A DNA stretch of 64,000 nucleotides. It comes from Candidatus Woesearchaeota archaeon. GTDB taxonomy: Archaea > Nanobdellota > Nanobdellia > Woesearchaeales > UBA10216. Position 1 is the first letter of the stretch, and each line of letters begins with the position of its first letter. The notes beneath the pieces were generated by a model. It ran no database searches. It saw only the letters and a list, made by a program, of their open reading frames with translations, and was not told where the DNA came from. The DNA lies in NCBI GenBank assembly GCA_016180195.1, contig JACPBS010000007.1, positions 9,104-73,103 on the forward strand, written 5' to 3'. Shown here one piece after another: positions 17,696-27,350 of this stretch. The position numbers and the translations under genes were made by a program.

Positions 17696-18487
17696 TTATT
17701 TATCAAATATTCCATCATCAAAGGAACAAGCATACAGTGCTTTTACCGAATTCCTATCATAAGCATTATATCGGTCAAACAATACCCCCTTAAACCCGAA
17801 ATCCATTGCGCTCTTCACCACATTCATGGAATCATCAACAACAAATGAATGCTCAGGACTACAGCCCGAGACATCGACACATTTCTCCCAGAATTGCACA
17901 CTCGGCTTTCCAAAAGGGTCCCCTATAATAACCTGATCCTTATTGAAAAACCGCGAGAAAACAGCCATTGTCCTCTCAAACCGCTTTTTCCACGAATATT
18001 CAGGATCATAAACCATCCTGTCCCCCTCAAACCTCAGCCTGTTGTCGCTACCCGCGATAATGAACTTTTTCTTGAAACGGCTCATGAACCTGACAGAATC
18101 AGGATAGATGAATGTTGACCTGACAATTGCATCATTGTAGAGGTCGACAATGCGCATTATCTCCTTTCCCGAAATGCCCAAACCGAACTTATCAGAGATA
18201 AACTTAAGGTAAATCTCCCTGCTGAACTTCAAGTCAGGCTTGGGGATATTTTCAGGTATGGAAACCCTGAAAGAATTGATCTTATCCGCAAAAAATGAAT
18301 CCATGCTCCTGCTGCAATGATAAGAATAAACGCTTTCGAATATTTCACCAAAAAGGACTGCTGCCTCCTCCTTCTCCGGGAAAAGCCTAAGAAGCTCTGC
18401 CCTGACTGCATCGTCACCCGCCCTTGAATCAAAATTAGACAAGGTATGGTCAATATCAAGGAAAAAAACCCGTTCCATGAAAAACAT
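17696..18487 (-). CDS. HAD-superfamily hydrolase-like protein
   Basis: N-terminal motif I FLDIDHTLS (DxDxT) and later Asp-rich motifs (VVDDS). Confidence 0.5.
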   Translation of the reverse strand: MFFMERVFFLDIDHTLSNFDSRAGDDAVRAELLRLFPEKEEAAVLFGEIFESVYSYHCSRSMDSFFADKINSFRVSIPENIPKPDLKFSREIYLKFISDKFGLGISGKEIMRIVDLYNDAIVRSTFIYPDSVRFMSRFKKKFIIAGSDNRLRFEGDRMVYDPEYSWKKRFERTMAVFSRFFNKDQVIIGDPFGKPSVQFWEKCVDVSGCSPEHSFVVDDSMNVVKSAMDFGFKGVLFDRYNAYDRNSVKALYACSFDDGIFDK

Positions 18488-18703
18488 AATAAATGAAGGG
18501 TTTAAATCATTTTTGAAAAACTTTAAATGCTTTTATCATTCAAGAATGCAAAAAGGAACAAGAGGAGTGAGCCTTTTATTAGCCTTCCTCACATTAGCAG
18601 CAGGGAAAGGAAAGTCCACCAATGCATGCCTACATTTGCGATGCACTCCAAATTTAAACACAACGAATGATTTATATTTGCCCTGATTCTTTTTTAAGGA
18701 AAA

Positions 18704-19831
18704 ATGGACATAATAACCGAAGGAAAAGCAAAAATCATGGCAGCGAATTCAGGAAAGATATCAAAGAAGATGGGCGTGTTCTATAACACTGCAATGAAGC
18801 TGAACCGGGACATAAGCATCCTCCTATTGAATTCAATCCCGAAAAAAAAGCTTCAGATAGCAGACCCCCTTGCGGCAACAGGAATAAGAAGCATAAGGAT
18901 GATCATTGAGCTTGAAAAAGGGAAAATGGACAACATAAGCATAAATGACTACTCAAAGAATGCGATTTCTGCTGTCAAAAAAAACCTGAAGCTGAACAAA
19001 ATAAGGATTGACAGCAGGACAAAAATAACTGCAAAAGATGCTAACATTTTCCTTCTAGAAAGCACAGGATTCGACTACATAGACATAGATCCCTACGGGT
19101 ACCCTGGATCGTTCATGGATTCCGCATCCCAAAGGATATCCAGGGAAGGAGTAATAGCGGTTACGGCAACAGATACAGCCGCCCTTTGCGGATCCTCGCC
19201 AGGAGCATGCCAAAGGAAATACTGGGCAAGGCCGATGAGGAACGAGTTCATGCATGAAACCGGGCTTAGGATAATGATCAGGAGGCTTCAACTATCAGCA
19301 ATGCAGCACGAAAAAGCCCTGATTCCCGTGCTTTCATACGGTTACCAGCACTACTTCAGGACCTTTCTAAGATGCAAAAAAGGGCGTGAGGCAGCATCCA
19401 ACATGCATAAAGAACATGGATACATATCATACTGCAGGAAATGCCTGAACCGGGAAAAATCAGAGCTGCCCATCAACAAATGCCCAAGCTGCGGCAGCAA
19501 AATGGATTATGCAGGCCCCTTATGGACTGGGATGATGAATGACAAAGCGATGGCAGATAAGATGCTGAAAAAAGAAAGCCTAAGAATCCTGGAAACTATA
19601 AGGGAAGAGGCAGGGATAAAAGAACCGTGGAGCTACAACATAAACATCATCTGCAGCAAATACTCCCTGAGAAGGCCTCCGAAAATGGAAACAGTGATAA
19701 GCAGGCTCAGGGAAAAAGGCTTCCGGGCATCCAGAACACATCTTGATCCAGGAGGAATAAAAACAGATGCCCAAATAAAGGATATTTTAGAAAGCTTTAA
19801 AAATGTTCAGGGCCAAAGAAGAGGGGAATGA
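18704..19831 (+). CDS. trm1: tRNA (guanine26-N2)-dimethyltransferase Trm1
   Basis: Class I MTase fold followed by the Cys4 cluster CRKC...CPSCGSK and the conserved GPLWTG motif. Confidence 0.85.
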   Translation: MDIITEGKAKIMAANSGKISKKMGVFYNTAMKLNRDISILLLNSIPKKKLQIADPLAATGIRSIRMIIELEKGKMDNISINDYSKNAISAVKKNLKLNKIRIDSRTKITAKDANIFLLESTGFDYIDIDPYGYPGSFMDSASQRISREGVIAVTATDTAALCGSSPGACQRKYWARPMRNEFMHETGLRIMIRRLQLSAMQHEKALIPVLSYGYQHYFRTFLRCKKGREAASNMHKEHGYISYCRKCLNREKSELPINKCPSCGSKMDYAGPLWTGMMNDKAMADKMLKKESLRILETIREEAGIKEPWSYNINIICSKYSLRRPPKMETVISRLREKGFRASRTHLDPGGIKTDAQIKDILESFKNVQGQRRGE

Positions 19832-20619
19832 TCAGCCTAAACAAGCTCATTATTGCAGTTCTTATCCTCTCAGCAGTCCCTGCAGTCATGATTCTGGAAA
19901 GCAACCTGACCGGGCACGCAGTCAGGCAGGACACAAGCCCCCCTGTGATAACGATAACAAGGCTCTCAGCACTTAACAGCCAGGCAATCATCAAGTGGAG
20001 CACAAACGAAGAGGCAAGCTCCATTTTTAAGGTAGGGAGCAAGTCCGAAATACTCGGCAAGAACACTAATTTTGAGGTAACACTCGAAAACCTGAACCCT
20101 GGAACCGGATACAAATATTCAATATCGGCCTGCGACAAATTCAATAATTGCGGGCAAAAAGAAGGATCATTCACAACAACACAGAAAGCCCAAAAGGCGA
20201 TGCCTTTAACCGGCTCAGCTGTCACTGACATTTCATTGTTGTCAGGAAAGGTCAACATACTGATATTCCTCCTGGTTTCCATAGCAGCATCAGTAATAGT
20301 CATTGGGGGATTTGTTCAGAAAGGAGCCGATTACCTGCCTGCGCCAATGAGGGTTGGAATCATGCTGGACAATGCAGAAACCCTGCTAAGGGAAAAAAAG
20401 CATGAAGAAGTATATGACATCTATGGGAAGATGAGGACAGTTTATGACGGACTCAATGCAAGGGAAAAAGGCAGGTACCAAAGAAGGGCGCTGGATGTTT
20501 ATTCAGAGCTGCTTTCACATACACGGGCAGTCGAGGCCAACATGCTTGTAGACAAATACCTTTCAAGCAGCATAACAAAACAAGAACTGGACAGGCTCAG
20601 GGAACTTCTCGAAATCTAG
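19828..20619 (+). CDS. membrane protein with extracellular fibronectin-III-like domain and cytoplasmic helical tail
   Basis: Signal/TM helix, an FN3-like region (WSTNEEASS...NPGTGYKYSISACD), a second TM helix, then a charged helical C-terminus. Confidence 0.45.
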   Translation: MISLNKLIIAVLILSAVPAVMILESNLTGHAVRQDTSPPVITITRLSALNSQAIIKWSTNEEASSIFKVGSKSEILGKNTNFEVTLENLNPGTGYKYSISACDKFNNCGQKEGSFTTTQKAQKAMPLTGSAVTDISLLSGKVNILIFLLVSIAASVIVIGGFVQKGADYLPAPMRVGIMLDNAETLLREKKHEEVYDIYGKMRTVYDGLNAREKGRYQRRALDVYSELLSHTRAVEANMLVDKYLSSSITKQELDRLRELLEI

Positions 20620-20891
20620 CCAACAGCCCGCCTTACATCAATTACTTCCACACTACTCACACCTTCCATCCTGGAGATGCTGTCCTCAAGCGATTCCGTG
20701 CTTCCAATCTTCTCATTCATCACAAAATAGACAATCAGTGCATTCAAGCCAAAAGCCACAGGCTTTATCTCAGCCCTAGCCACATTGCCCCCGAAATCGC
20801 TGATTAAGGAAGACGAACCAGCCTCTAATGCACGCAAATCAATCTCAGTCGAAGAAGGCATTATTCTTAAGGACACAATAACATCAGCCAT
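20616..20891 (-). CDS. ef1b: elongation factor 1-beta (aEF-1B)
   Basis: 91 aa. MADVIVSLRIMPSS...IKPVAFGLNAL is typical of the archaeal nucleotide exchange factor. Confidence 0.85.
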   Translation of the reverse strand: MADVIVSLRIMPSSTEIDLRALEAGSSSLISDFGGNVARAEIKPVAFGLNALIVYFVMNEKIGSTESLEDSISRMEGVSSVEVIDVRRAVG

Positions 20892-20892
20892 T

Positions 20893-21063
20893 TTAATTCG
20901 GGCCCGAAAACCTGCATTCAGGGCAAATATACCTGATGGCAGTCTCCCTGCAGGATGTACACCTAACGATCTCGTACTTGCCGCATGAAGGACAAATGAA
21001 TCTTGTAGTCCCTTTCACATTAGTAACCCGCCTCTTGCAGGACAAACAGTGAATTTCTTCCAT
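20893..21063 (-). CDS. Zn-ribbon RNA-binding protein (COG2888-like, EF1B-associated; missed by ORF track, 56 aa)
   Basis: The minus strand translates to MEEIHCLSCKRRVTNVKGTTRFICPSCGKYEIVRCTSCRETAIRYICPECRFSGPN, which has four CxxC pairs. It sits immediately upstream of, and co-directional with, aEF1B, as in many archaea. Confidence 0.7.
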   Translation of the reverse strand: MEEIHCLSCKRRVTNVKGTTRFICPSCGKYEIVRCTSCRETAIRYICPECRFSGPN

Positions 21064-21132
21064 CAAAAAACCGGAAAAACAGATAATATAAAAAGGTTAT
21101 TAATAAAGAATAACCACCATTAAGTAACAAAA

Positions 21133-21142
21133 CATTTTTAAA
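21133..21142 (+). promoter_or_regulatory. TATA-like box (catttttaaa) for the PLP-fold gene
   Basis: Lies about 25-30 nt upstream of the ATG at 21165. Confidence 0.3.
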
Positions 21143-21164
21143 CTTGGTGCACGAACTTGAATCC

Positions 21165-22313
21165 ATGGACACCTCAAGAGGTAAAATTTACAATGATCTT
21201 GAAGCAGAAATAGGAAACACGCCACTCTACAAGCTATCAAGAATACAGTTCCCGCACGGCAATGAAGTCTATGCAAAAGAAGAATGGCAAAACCCTGGAG
21301 GCAGCCATTATGACAGGGTATTCGTCAAGCTGTTTTATGATTATGAAAAAGCCGGAAAAATAACCCCAGGAAAAACCCCGGTCGTAGAGACAACATCAGG
21401 CAGCGCAGGCGTCTCATTCGCCAGACTCGGAAGACTTCTTGGATACCAATGCCTGGTCATCTGCCCTGAAAACCTTTCAGCAAGAATCGAAGCAATACAA
21501 AATGAAGGTGCTGAAGTAAGACTAACACCTAAAAAAGAGTATGTAGAAGGCTCTGCAGCAGCGCTGAGAAAGCCGGTAAAAAAGGAAAACAAGGAAAGGC
21601 TCAGATCGGGGAAGCCTCCATACTTTCCAATAAACCATTCACAACTCGAAATGTCTGCAACAGCAGTTGAAGCTGCTGTCAACGAAGCAGCAGAACAGGC
21701 ATTGCAGCAATATGGAATAAAATTCGATTTGGCAATAGCAGCAGGAGGCAATGGGACAACTGCCCTCGGTTTTGGAAGGGCTGCAAAAAGACACGGAATC
21801 CCCCTGGTACTGTGGGAATCGCTTGGATCGGGTCTATACTTCAACAAAAAATTCGGGGAAGGAGCATTCCAATACAAATACGGATTAAACCCGGGGGAAC
21901 TATCAACTCAGGTAGGCCACGCCATATACGGCACAGTTTACGGGCCAACCTCATTTAAACTGCCAAACGTCGACAGGGCTTTTGAAGAGGGTGTTTTGGA
22001 TAATGTAAGAATCGTTGCTGACGAAACAACCAAAAGAAGAGCATTGGTGAACGCTCAGACCAGAAAATTTGACCCAAGAATAGGCAGCCTGTCCGAAGCA
22101 ACTATAAGCCCTCCCTTTTCCAACAATCAAGAACCAAACCTGCGGAGAATAAAAACAATAGAGCCTGTTGTTGAACTTTTAAAAGATACTGAAGGAAAGC
22201 CTGTTGGCAGATCGTCTGCAGGGAACATAGCGATGCTGCTGGATGAACACTGGAATATTGCCGGATTCAGGAATGTGCTGACCTTTTTCTACGATGCATT
22301 AAGCAGGTACTGA
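21165..22313 (+). CDS. fold-type II PLP-enzyme homolog (cysteine synthase/Trp-synthase-beta superfamily) lacking the Schiff-base lysine
   Basis: Signature NPGGSHYDR replaces the usual NPxGSxKDR, so the lysine is a Tyr. The phosphate-binding Gly loop AIAAGGNGTT is retained. There is a charged insertion and a C-terminal extension. The start was set at the ATG at 21165; the track uses a TTG at 21144. Confidence 0.55.
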   Translation: MDTSRGKIYNDLEAEIGNTPLYKLSRIQFPHGNEVYAKEEWQNPGGSHYDRVFVKLFYDYEKAGKITPGKTPVVETTSGSAGVSFARLGRLLGYQCLVICPENLSARIEAIQNEGAEVRLTPKKEYVEGSAAALRKPVKKENKERLRSGKPPYFPINHSQLEMSATAVEAAVNEAAEQALQQYGIKFDLAIAAGGNGTTALGFGRAAKRHGIPLVLWESLGSGLYFNKKFGEGAFQYKYGLNPGELSTQVGHAIYGTVYGPTSFKLPNVDRAFEEGVLDNVRIVADETTKRRALVNAQTRKFDPRIGSLSEATISPPFSNNQEPNLRRIKTIEPVVELLKDTEGKPVGRSSAGNIAMLLDEHWNIAGFRNVLTFFYDALSRY

Positions 22314-22350
22314 AGAAAAATTTATAAATAACCAATGGAAGAATAGAATC

Positions 22351-23259
22351 ATGGGAGTGAAAAATGGGGGGAAGCCTAAACCGAAGGCTAAACATAAATC
22401 AGACAAGAAAATCCAGGCTCCAGAACTTTCTAAAGATGTCCAGCCCGAATTCTACTTCTGGCTAAGCGACGGAAGGGTCATAAAAAATGCTGCAGAACTA
22501 GCAGAGGCCGCAAAATGCATGAGTGATGAAATCTTCTCCTACCACACCAATCCGAGGAAAAATGACTTCGCAGACTGGATAAGGGACATAGTCAAGAACG
22601 AAGATCTGGCATTTCAGGTTAGAAAGGCAAAAAACAGGAAGGAGCTTGAGGAAGCAATAAGAAAATCCGGCGCCAAAAAAACCCATGCCCCAGTCGAACC
22701 TGAACCAAAAAAGGAACAAGTGGAAGAAAGCAATATCGAGAAAATAATCAAGACAAAGCAAACTGAAAAGCCAATTCAAAAAACCCAGCATGAAAAAACC
22801 GAATCACAAGCATCAACCATTGAAAGCCTTAGAAAAAGGGAAGAAGAACTGATCAAGGCGGAGACAAGGCTAAGCGAAGAAGAACAAAAGCTCTACCAGC
22901 TAAAGATCGAACTGACCAAAAAAAGGTTCGAAGTCCTGAAAAAACGCGGCGAACTGGAAAAGGAGATGTTCGAGCACTTCATGGAAACAAAGGCAGAAAA
23001 AATAAGCGAAGAAACAAAACCAACACTAAACAACCGCATTGTACAGGACATAGGAAAGGAGAGGATAGAATCGCTGCTTTCCGAAGCAAAAGAAACCATG
23101 GCCCAAGGCAGGATAGACGAAGCAACCAGGAAATACCTCCAGGCTTCAGACATGTTCAGCAGAAGCCCGATAAGGCCTGATGAAAAAAACGCGCTAAGAT
23201 TCAAGATAATGGAGCTTGAAGCGGATATTAAGCTGGCAGGATTAAAGAAAATTGCCTAA
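22351..23259 (+). CDS. K/E-rich coiled-coil protein with a small conserved-looking N-terminal domain (hypothetical)
   Basis: The N-terminus reads FYFWLSDGRVIKNAAELAEAAKCMSDEIFSYHTNPRKNDFADWIRD. The rest is about 230 aa of charged heptad-like sequence. Confidence 0.45.
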   Translation: MGVKNGGKPKPKAKHKSDKKIQAPELSKDVQPEFYFWLSDGRVIKNAAELAEAAKCMSDEIFSYHTNPRKNDFADWIRDIVKNEDLAFQVRKAKNRKELEEAIRKSGAKKTHAPVEPEPKKEQVEESNIEKIIKTKQTEKPIQKTQHEKTESQASTIESLRKREEELIKAETRLSEEEQKLYQLKIELTKKRFEVLKKRGELEKEMFEHFMETKAEKISEETKPTLNNRIVQDIGKERIESLLSEAKETMAQGRIDEATRKYLQASDMFSRSPIRPDEKNALRFKIMELEADIKLAGLKKIA

Positions 23260-23291
23260 TCCTGCAGCAGTCATTTCAACCAAAAAAAAAA

Positions 23292-24371
23292 TCAGGCACT
23301 AATAACATTTCCCTCTACCCTGAAGCACTTACCCAGGAACTGCTCAATAACATAGATGTTAGCAAGGCAGTGCGGAGTCACCTGTGAAACCCTTATTCGG
23401 CCCCCGAAAAGCGCAAGAAATGGAAGAAGCTGGTCAGCCTTGTATTTGTCAACAGGCGCTCCACTGCTAATTTCGCTGACAAGCGACTCTGCAGCCTCCC
23501 TCCCAACATCCTCAGCCCTCTTACCCCTCGCGCCCAACGAATCAGACCCGAGAATGCACGGGTTTTTCTGATCAATTTCGCCCCTCAAATTGGTGAATTC
23601 AGCCCATAGGCATATCCCAGAGCCTGTAGAAAGCGAATCCGAATATGATGACTGGATAATAACAGGACAGCCTAAATCAGACAGGCCTCTTTTGGCTGCC
23701 AAAGCCTGCCTTTCAGCCACAGAGCTTTTCTGCAGATCCAAAGATGCATGCGACACTCCCTTGATAACCGCAAGGCTCCCCCTCTCCACCAGGTCAATCC
23801 TCTTTCCTGAGAGACAAGCCTTAAAGTCTCCAAAAGAACTGAAGTCACAAACCCTGTGCTCAGGGATAACCACAACCTCAGCCATGCCTCCACCCTTTGG
23901 ATAATACCCCCTTCTCTCCAATGAAACATCAAACCTTGAGCAAAAAGGAGCCAGATTAGGCATTAAAACCTCCCTGAAATAATCAAAAGGCTCGCTCCAC
24001 GGAACATCTGTGCCCCCAAAAAGCTTAAGCCTGACCTTGCCTGTCCCGAAGATCAGCGGAACGAGAGCCGCCTGCAATACAAGCGTAATCGAGCCTGCTG
24101 TGCCGACATCAACAGACAAAGTCCTCGATTCCATCTTCCCCGGAAAAAAAGCCAACCTCTCAGAACCAATAACAGCACCCTCAGCTTTCGCGCCCGAGAG
24201 GTTTTCCAAGACCTCAACGCATTTCAAATGCTGAGCCTTGATACCCGAATCGCACCGTCCCCTTCTGATATTCATAATTTCAAAAGAGGCCCCAGTCAGG
24301 GTGGAAAGGCCCAAAGCAGTCCTGACAAGCTGGCCTCCACCTTCCCCAAAACCCCCATCAAGACAAATCAT
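23292..24371 (-). CDS. rtcA: RNA 3'-terminal phosphate cyclase RtcA
   Basis: N-terminal MICLDGGFGEGGGQLVRTALGLSTLTG matches the RtcA signature. The start was moved to the internal ATG at 24371; the track's start at 24488 would overlap corA. Confidence 0.8.
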   Translation of the reverse strand: MICLDGGFGEGGGQLVRTALGLSTLTGASFEIMNIRRGRCDSGIKAQHLKCVEVLENLSGAKAEGAVIGSERLAFFPGKMESRTLSVDVGTAGSITLVLQAALVPLIFGTGKVRLKLFGGTDVPWSEPFDYFREVLMPNLAPFCSRFDVSLERRGYYPKGGGMAEVVVIPEHRVCDFSSFGDFKACLSGKRIDLVERGSLAVIKGVSHASLDLQKSSVAERQALAAKRGLSDLGCPVIIQSSYSDSLSTGSGICLWAEFTNLRGEIDQKNPCILGSDSLGARGKRAEDVGREAAESLVSEISSGAPVDKYKADQLLPFLALFGGRIRVSQVTPHCLANIYVIEQFLGKCFRVEGNVISA

Positions 24372-24405
24372 CCCGGCAGGTAAGGAAGCCTTATTTAAAA
24401 ACGCA

Positions 24406-25422
24406 ATGTTTAAATTAAATAACCCCGAATTTTTGGGCATGCTAAAGTACATGTTAACAGGCGACGGCCTGGTAACAAAAAATGACAAGCCAGATTACAG
24501 GCTGCCCAGGAAAGGAGAGATCCTCTGGATATTCCTCATAGAGCCTACAAGCGAAGAGATCTCAAAGGCTACAAAAGACCTTAAGATAGAGAAAAAGCCT
24601 TTTGATTTGTTCAGCAAGGAAAAGCACTCAGTAAGGTACTCCATGGACCCGTTCCAATTCGTAATCGTGGACTATTTCATCGAAAACGGAAGGGTTGACC
24701 ACGCACATCTGCTGTTCACAATCAAAGACAACATACTCCTGCTTGTGTCAAACAGAAACGCAAGATACTTTCACGACCTTTTTGAAGACATCACGTCCAA
24801 CATCAAGAACAACAGAATCCGCGTAAAAGGGATAGGAAATGTCCTTAACCTTTTTCTCCAGTTCGATATCGAGGAAAATTACGACGTACTGGAAAAAACC
24901 GAGGAAGAGATCCGGCTAATCGAGGAAAGGGTGGCAAATTATGAAAAAAGCATGTCAATAAACGGAAAGGACATAATAAAATTCAAAAGGAAGCTGTTCC
25001 TCATGGGAAGGCGCTTCTGGGCTTCAACAAAAATAATCTTCCTGCTCAAAGCAGGCTTCACAAATGTCAAGCTCGACAAGGAGACAAGCAAGCTCCTTGT
25101 TGACGTCCATGACACATTCCTGCACCAGATAGACCTCGTGACAGCACAGAAAGAAATGCTAAGCGACCTCATGAACGTATACTCAACAAGCATAAACAAC
25201 AAGCTTGCAACAATCTCGAATGAATTGAACCAGACCATGAAAACGCTCTCGTCATTCGCGCTAATAATGCTCCTGCCTACGCTAATCGCGAGCATATACG
25301 GAATGAACTTCGAGCACATGCCTTTCCTCAAAAGCCAATACGGATTCTTTATTGCAGTTATCTCCATGATATTAACAGTCTTTGCCCTCGTATATTTCTT
25401 CAGGAAAAAAAGCTGGCTTTGA
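24406..25422 (+). CDS. corA: magnesium transporter CorA
   Basis: Two C-terminal TM helices with the GMN motif (YGMNFEHMP). The start was set at the ATG at 24406 (339 aa). Confidence 0.85.
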   Translation: MFKLNNPEFLGMLKYMLTGDGLVTKNDKPDYRLPRKGEILWIFLIEPTSEEISKATKDLKIEKKPFDLFSKEKHSVRYSMDPFQFVIVDYFIENGRVDHAHLLFTIKDNILLLVSNRNARYFHDLFEDITSNIKNNRIRVKGIGNVLNLFLQFDIEENYDVLEKTEEEIRLIEERVANYEKSMSINGKDIIKFKRKLFLMGRRFWASTKIIFLLKAGFTNVKLDKETSKLLVDVHDTFLHQIDLVTAQKEMLSDLMNVYSTSINNKLATISNELNQTMKTLSSFALIMLLPTLIASIYGMNFEHMPFLKSQYGFFIAVISMILTVFALVYFFRKKSWL

Positions 25423-25490
25423 ATAGATTTAAATACCAAATAGGGCTTATAGACAAAAGGGGGTGAAAAAAACTGAACAAGCCGATAATC

Positions 25491-26582
25491 GTGGGAATGG
25501 ATCCCGGAACCACTTCCAGCTACGCCATACTTGATGTCAATGGAAACACCATAAAAACCAGGTCAGCCAGGCAACTGGACATAAACACAATGCTTTCTGA
25601 GATATCGAGCGAGGGAACTGCAATCGCAATAGGCACGGACAAGAAAAACTGCCCCTCAATAATACAGAAATTCTCATCAAAAACAGGGGCGAAAATAATT
25701 TCGCCGCATGAAGACCTTGCGATAAGGGAAAAGCTGGAGCTGACAAAGGGCAAGGAGTACAGGAATGAGCATGAGAGAGACGCGCTTGCATGCGCAATAA
25801 AAGCATACAAAGAACTTCAGCCCCTGCTATGGAAAATAGACAAGACCCTGAAACAAAGCGAAAAAATGCATCTAAGGGAGAAAGTGACAAGGCTTGTGAT
25901 TACAAAAAAGACAAGCATTAACAACGCAATAGAAAGGCTTTCCGAAACCCCCAAGATAGAAGAGAAAATAAAACAGCCTGTGAAACCGACAAACAACAAA
26001 AAGACAGACACTGATAAGATACTCTCCCTGAAAAGAACAAACCAGATCCTAAAAATTCAAAATACCGAACTTAAAAAAGCCCTAAGCGCAAAGCAAAGAG
26101 CAATCAAACCTAAACCAAGAAAAGACATCATACTTGACTCATTGTGGCGAGTGATAAGGGACTACAAAGCGGCAAACACGAAGCTACAGGAAAGCATAAC
26201 TATAACCAACAAAATGATTTCGCTGGCCAACGGGAAATTCATACTCAAAAAATTGGGCAACCTGGGCAGCGAGGAATACAGCAAGAAACAATTTGAAATA
26301 AACCAGGGGGATATCATCCTCGTGGAAGATCCAAATATCATAAGCCAAAGCACAATCGAACGTATAAGGGGAAAGGTGCAACTGATAATACATAAAATGC
26401 CAACAAACTCCGGAATAAGCGAAAAAATAGGCATAAGAATGATAAGCTCGGAAAGGCTGAGGCTCTTAGAGAATGATTTTTTCGCCCTTGCAGACCCCAA
26501 TGAGCTGGAAAGGGAGAAGGCAAGAGGAGACTTACTATCGAACATAATAGAATCATACAGAAAGGAAAGAACAGCACAATGA
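25491..26582 (+). CDS. DUF460-like protein: N-terminal RuvC/YqgF-type RNase H-fold domain plus long coiled-coil
   Basis: N-terminal GMDPGTTSSYAILD resembles the RuvC GIDPG...GYAVLD motif. The HERDALACAIKAY catalytic-like motif is followed by about 200 aa of coiled-coil, as in archaeal COG2433 proteins. Confidence 0.5.
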   Translation: MGMDPGTTSSYAILDVNGNTIKTRSARQLDINTMLSEISSEGTAIAIGTDKKNCPSIIQKFSSKTGAKIISPHEDLAIREKLELTKGKEYRNEHERDALACAIKAYKELQPLLWKIDKTLKQSEKMHLREKVTRLVITKKTSINNAIERLSETPKIEEKIKQPVKPTNNKKTDTDKILSLKRTNQILKIQNTELKKALSAKQRAIKPKPRKDIILDSLWRVIRDYKAANTKLQESITITNKMISLANGKFILKKLGNLGSEEYSKKQFEINQGDIILVEDPNIISQSTIERIRGKVQLIIHKMPTNSGISEKIGIRMISSERLRLLENDFFALADPNELEREKARGDLLSNIIESYRKERTAQ

Positions 26583-27013
26583 CAAAAAACCATCCTTTAA
26601 GGATAATCGGATCAATAGCACTCGGAATCGTGGTTTACGTACTTATCATAGTTGTGCTCACACCCTTGCTTTCACCACCAGGAATGATGGGCATGATGAA
26701 CCCCAACTATCTCACAGTCAACATAACATCCCTGCTTATCGGCCTGCTTGCAGGAACCGCATTCTACATGATTACAGGCCCAAAATCAACAGAAGGGATG
26801 GAATCAATAAAAAAAGCACTTTCTGCTGATGAAGCCGCAGTTATAGAGCAGCTGGAGAAAGAGACTGAAATAACCCAGGACTCGCTAAGGTTCAGGCTTG
26901 GATGGAGCAAAGCAAAAACAAGCACTGTGCTCACAAACCTGGACAAGAAAGGACTCATACAGAGGGAAAGGCTAGGCAAAACATACAATGTTTTCCTGGC
27001 AAAAACGGTATGA
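26579..27013 (+). CDS. membrane-anchored winged-helix transcriptional regulator (MarR/TrmB-like wHTH after 2 TM helices)
   Basis: Two N-terminal TM segments are followed by AVIEQLEKETEITQDSLRFRLGWSKAKTSTVLTNLDKKGLIQRER, a wHTH pattern. Its start overlaps the DUF460 stop (ATGA). Confidence 0.55.
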   Translation: MTKNHPLRIIGSIALGIVVYVLIIVVLTPLLSPPGMMGMMNPNYLTVNITSLLIGLLAGTAFYMITGPKSTEGMESIKKALSADEAAVIEQLEKETEITQDSLRFRLGWSKAKTSTVLTNLDKKGLIQRERLGKTYNVFLAKTV

Positions 27014-27077
27014 AAACGGTCAAGGCAGCAAAGAAGAAATACTCAGAGTTCTTAAATGCTCAAAGAGGTGAACGAAA

Positions 27078-27350
27078 ATGGAAACAAAAAAGATAGCAGT
27101 GATGGCCGCTATACTGGCCGTTATAATGGTCATGGCAGTAGTTGCAGCTTCAGCCGTGAGCAACAACATGAACCAGGAAATGATGAACAACAAGGAGATG
27201 GAAGGAATGATGAACAACAAGGATATGATGGAAGGAATGATGAACAACAACATGAATCAAGGAATGATGAACATGCATAACATGAATCAAGGAATGAACA
27301 ACAGCTCACTTGAGGAAATGCATGAGCAATGCGAAAAAATGATGGGCTAA
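27078..27350 (+). CDS. secreted/membrane Met- and Asn-rich repeat peptide (possible Cu(I)/metal-binding MxxM-type)
   Basis: A signal/TM helix is followed by repeats of MMNNK(E/D)MEGMMNN, NMNQGMMNMHNMNQGM and a C-terminal HEQCEKMMG. 90 aa. Confidence 0.5.
   Translation: METKKIAVMAAILAVIMVMAVVAASAVSNNMNQEMMNNKEMEGMMNNKDMMEGMMNNNMNQGMMNMHNMNQGMNNSSLEEMHEQCEKMMG

Noticed and set aside
18477-18686. 69-aa ORF between the HAD-like gene and trm1
   Set aside because: A short, basic, low-complexity translation in a promoter-like AT-rich spacer with no motif support.
21341-21877. 178-aa minus-strand ORF
   Set aside because: Antisense to the PLP-fold gene, and its translation is Ala/Ser/Pro-rich mirror-frame sequence.
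24939-25439. 166-aa minus-strand ORF overlapping corA
   Set aside because: Antisense to CorA, whose GMN motif and TM helices are intact in the plus frame.
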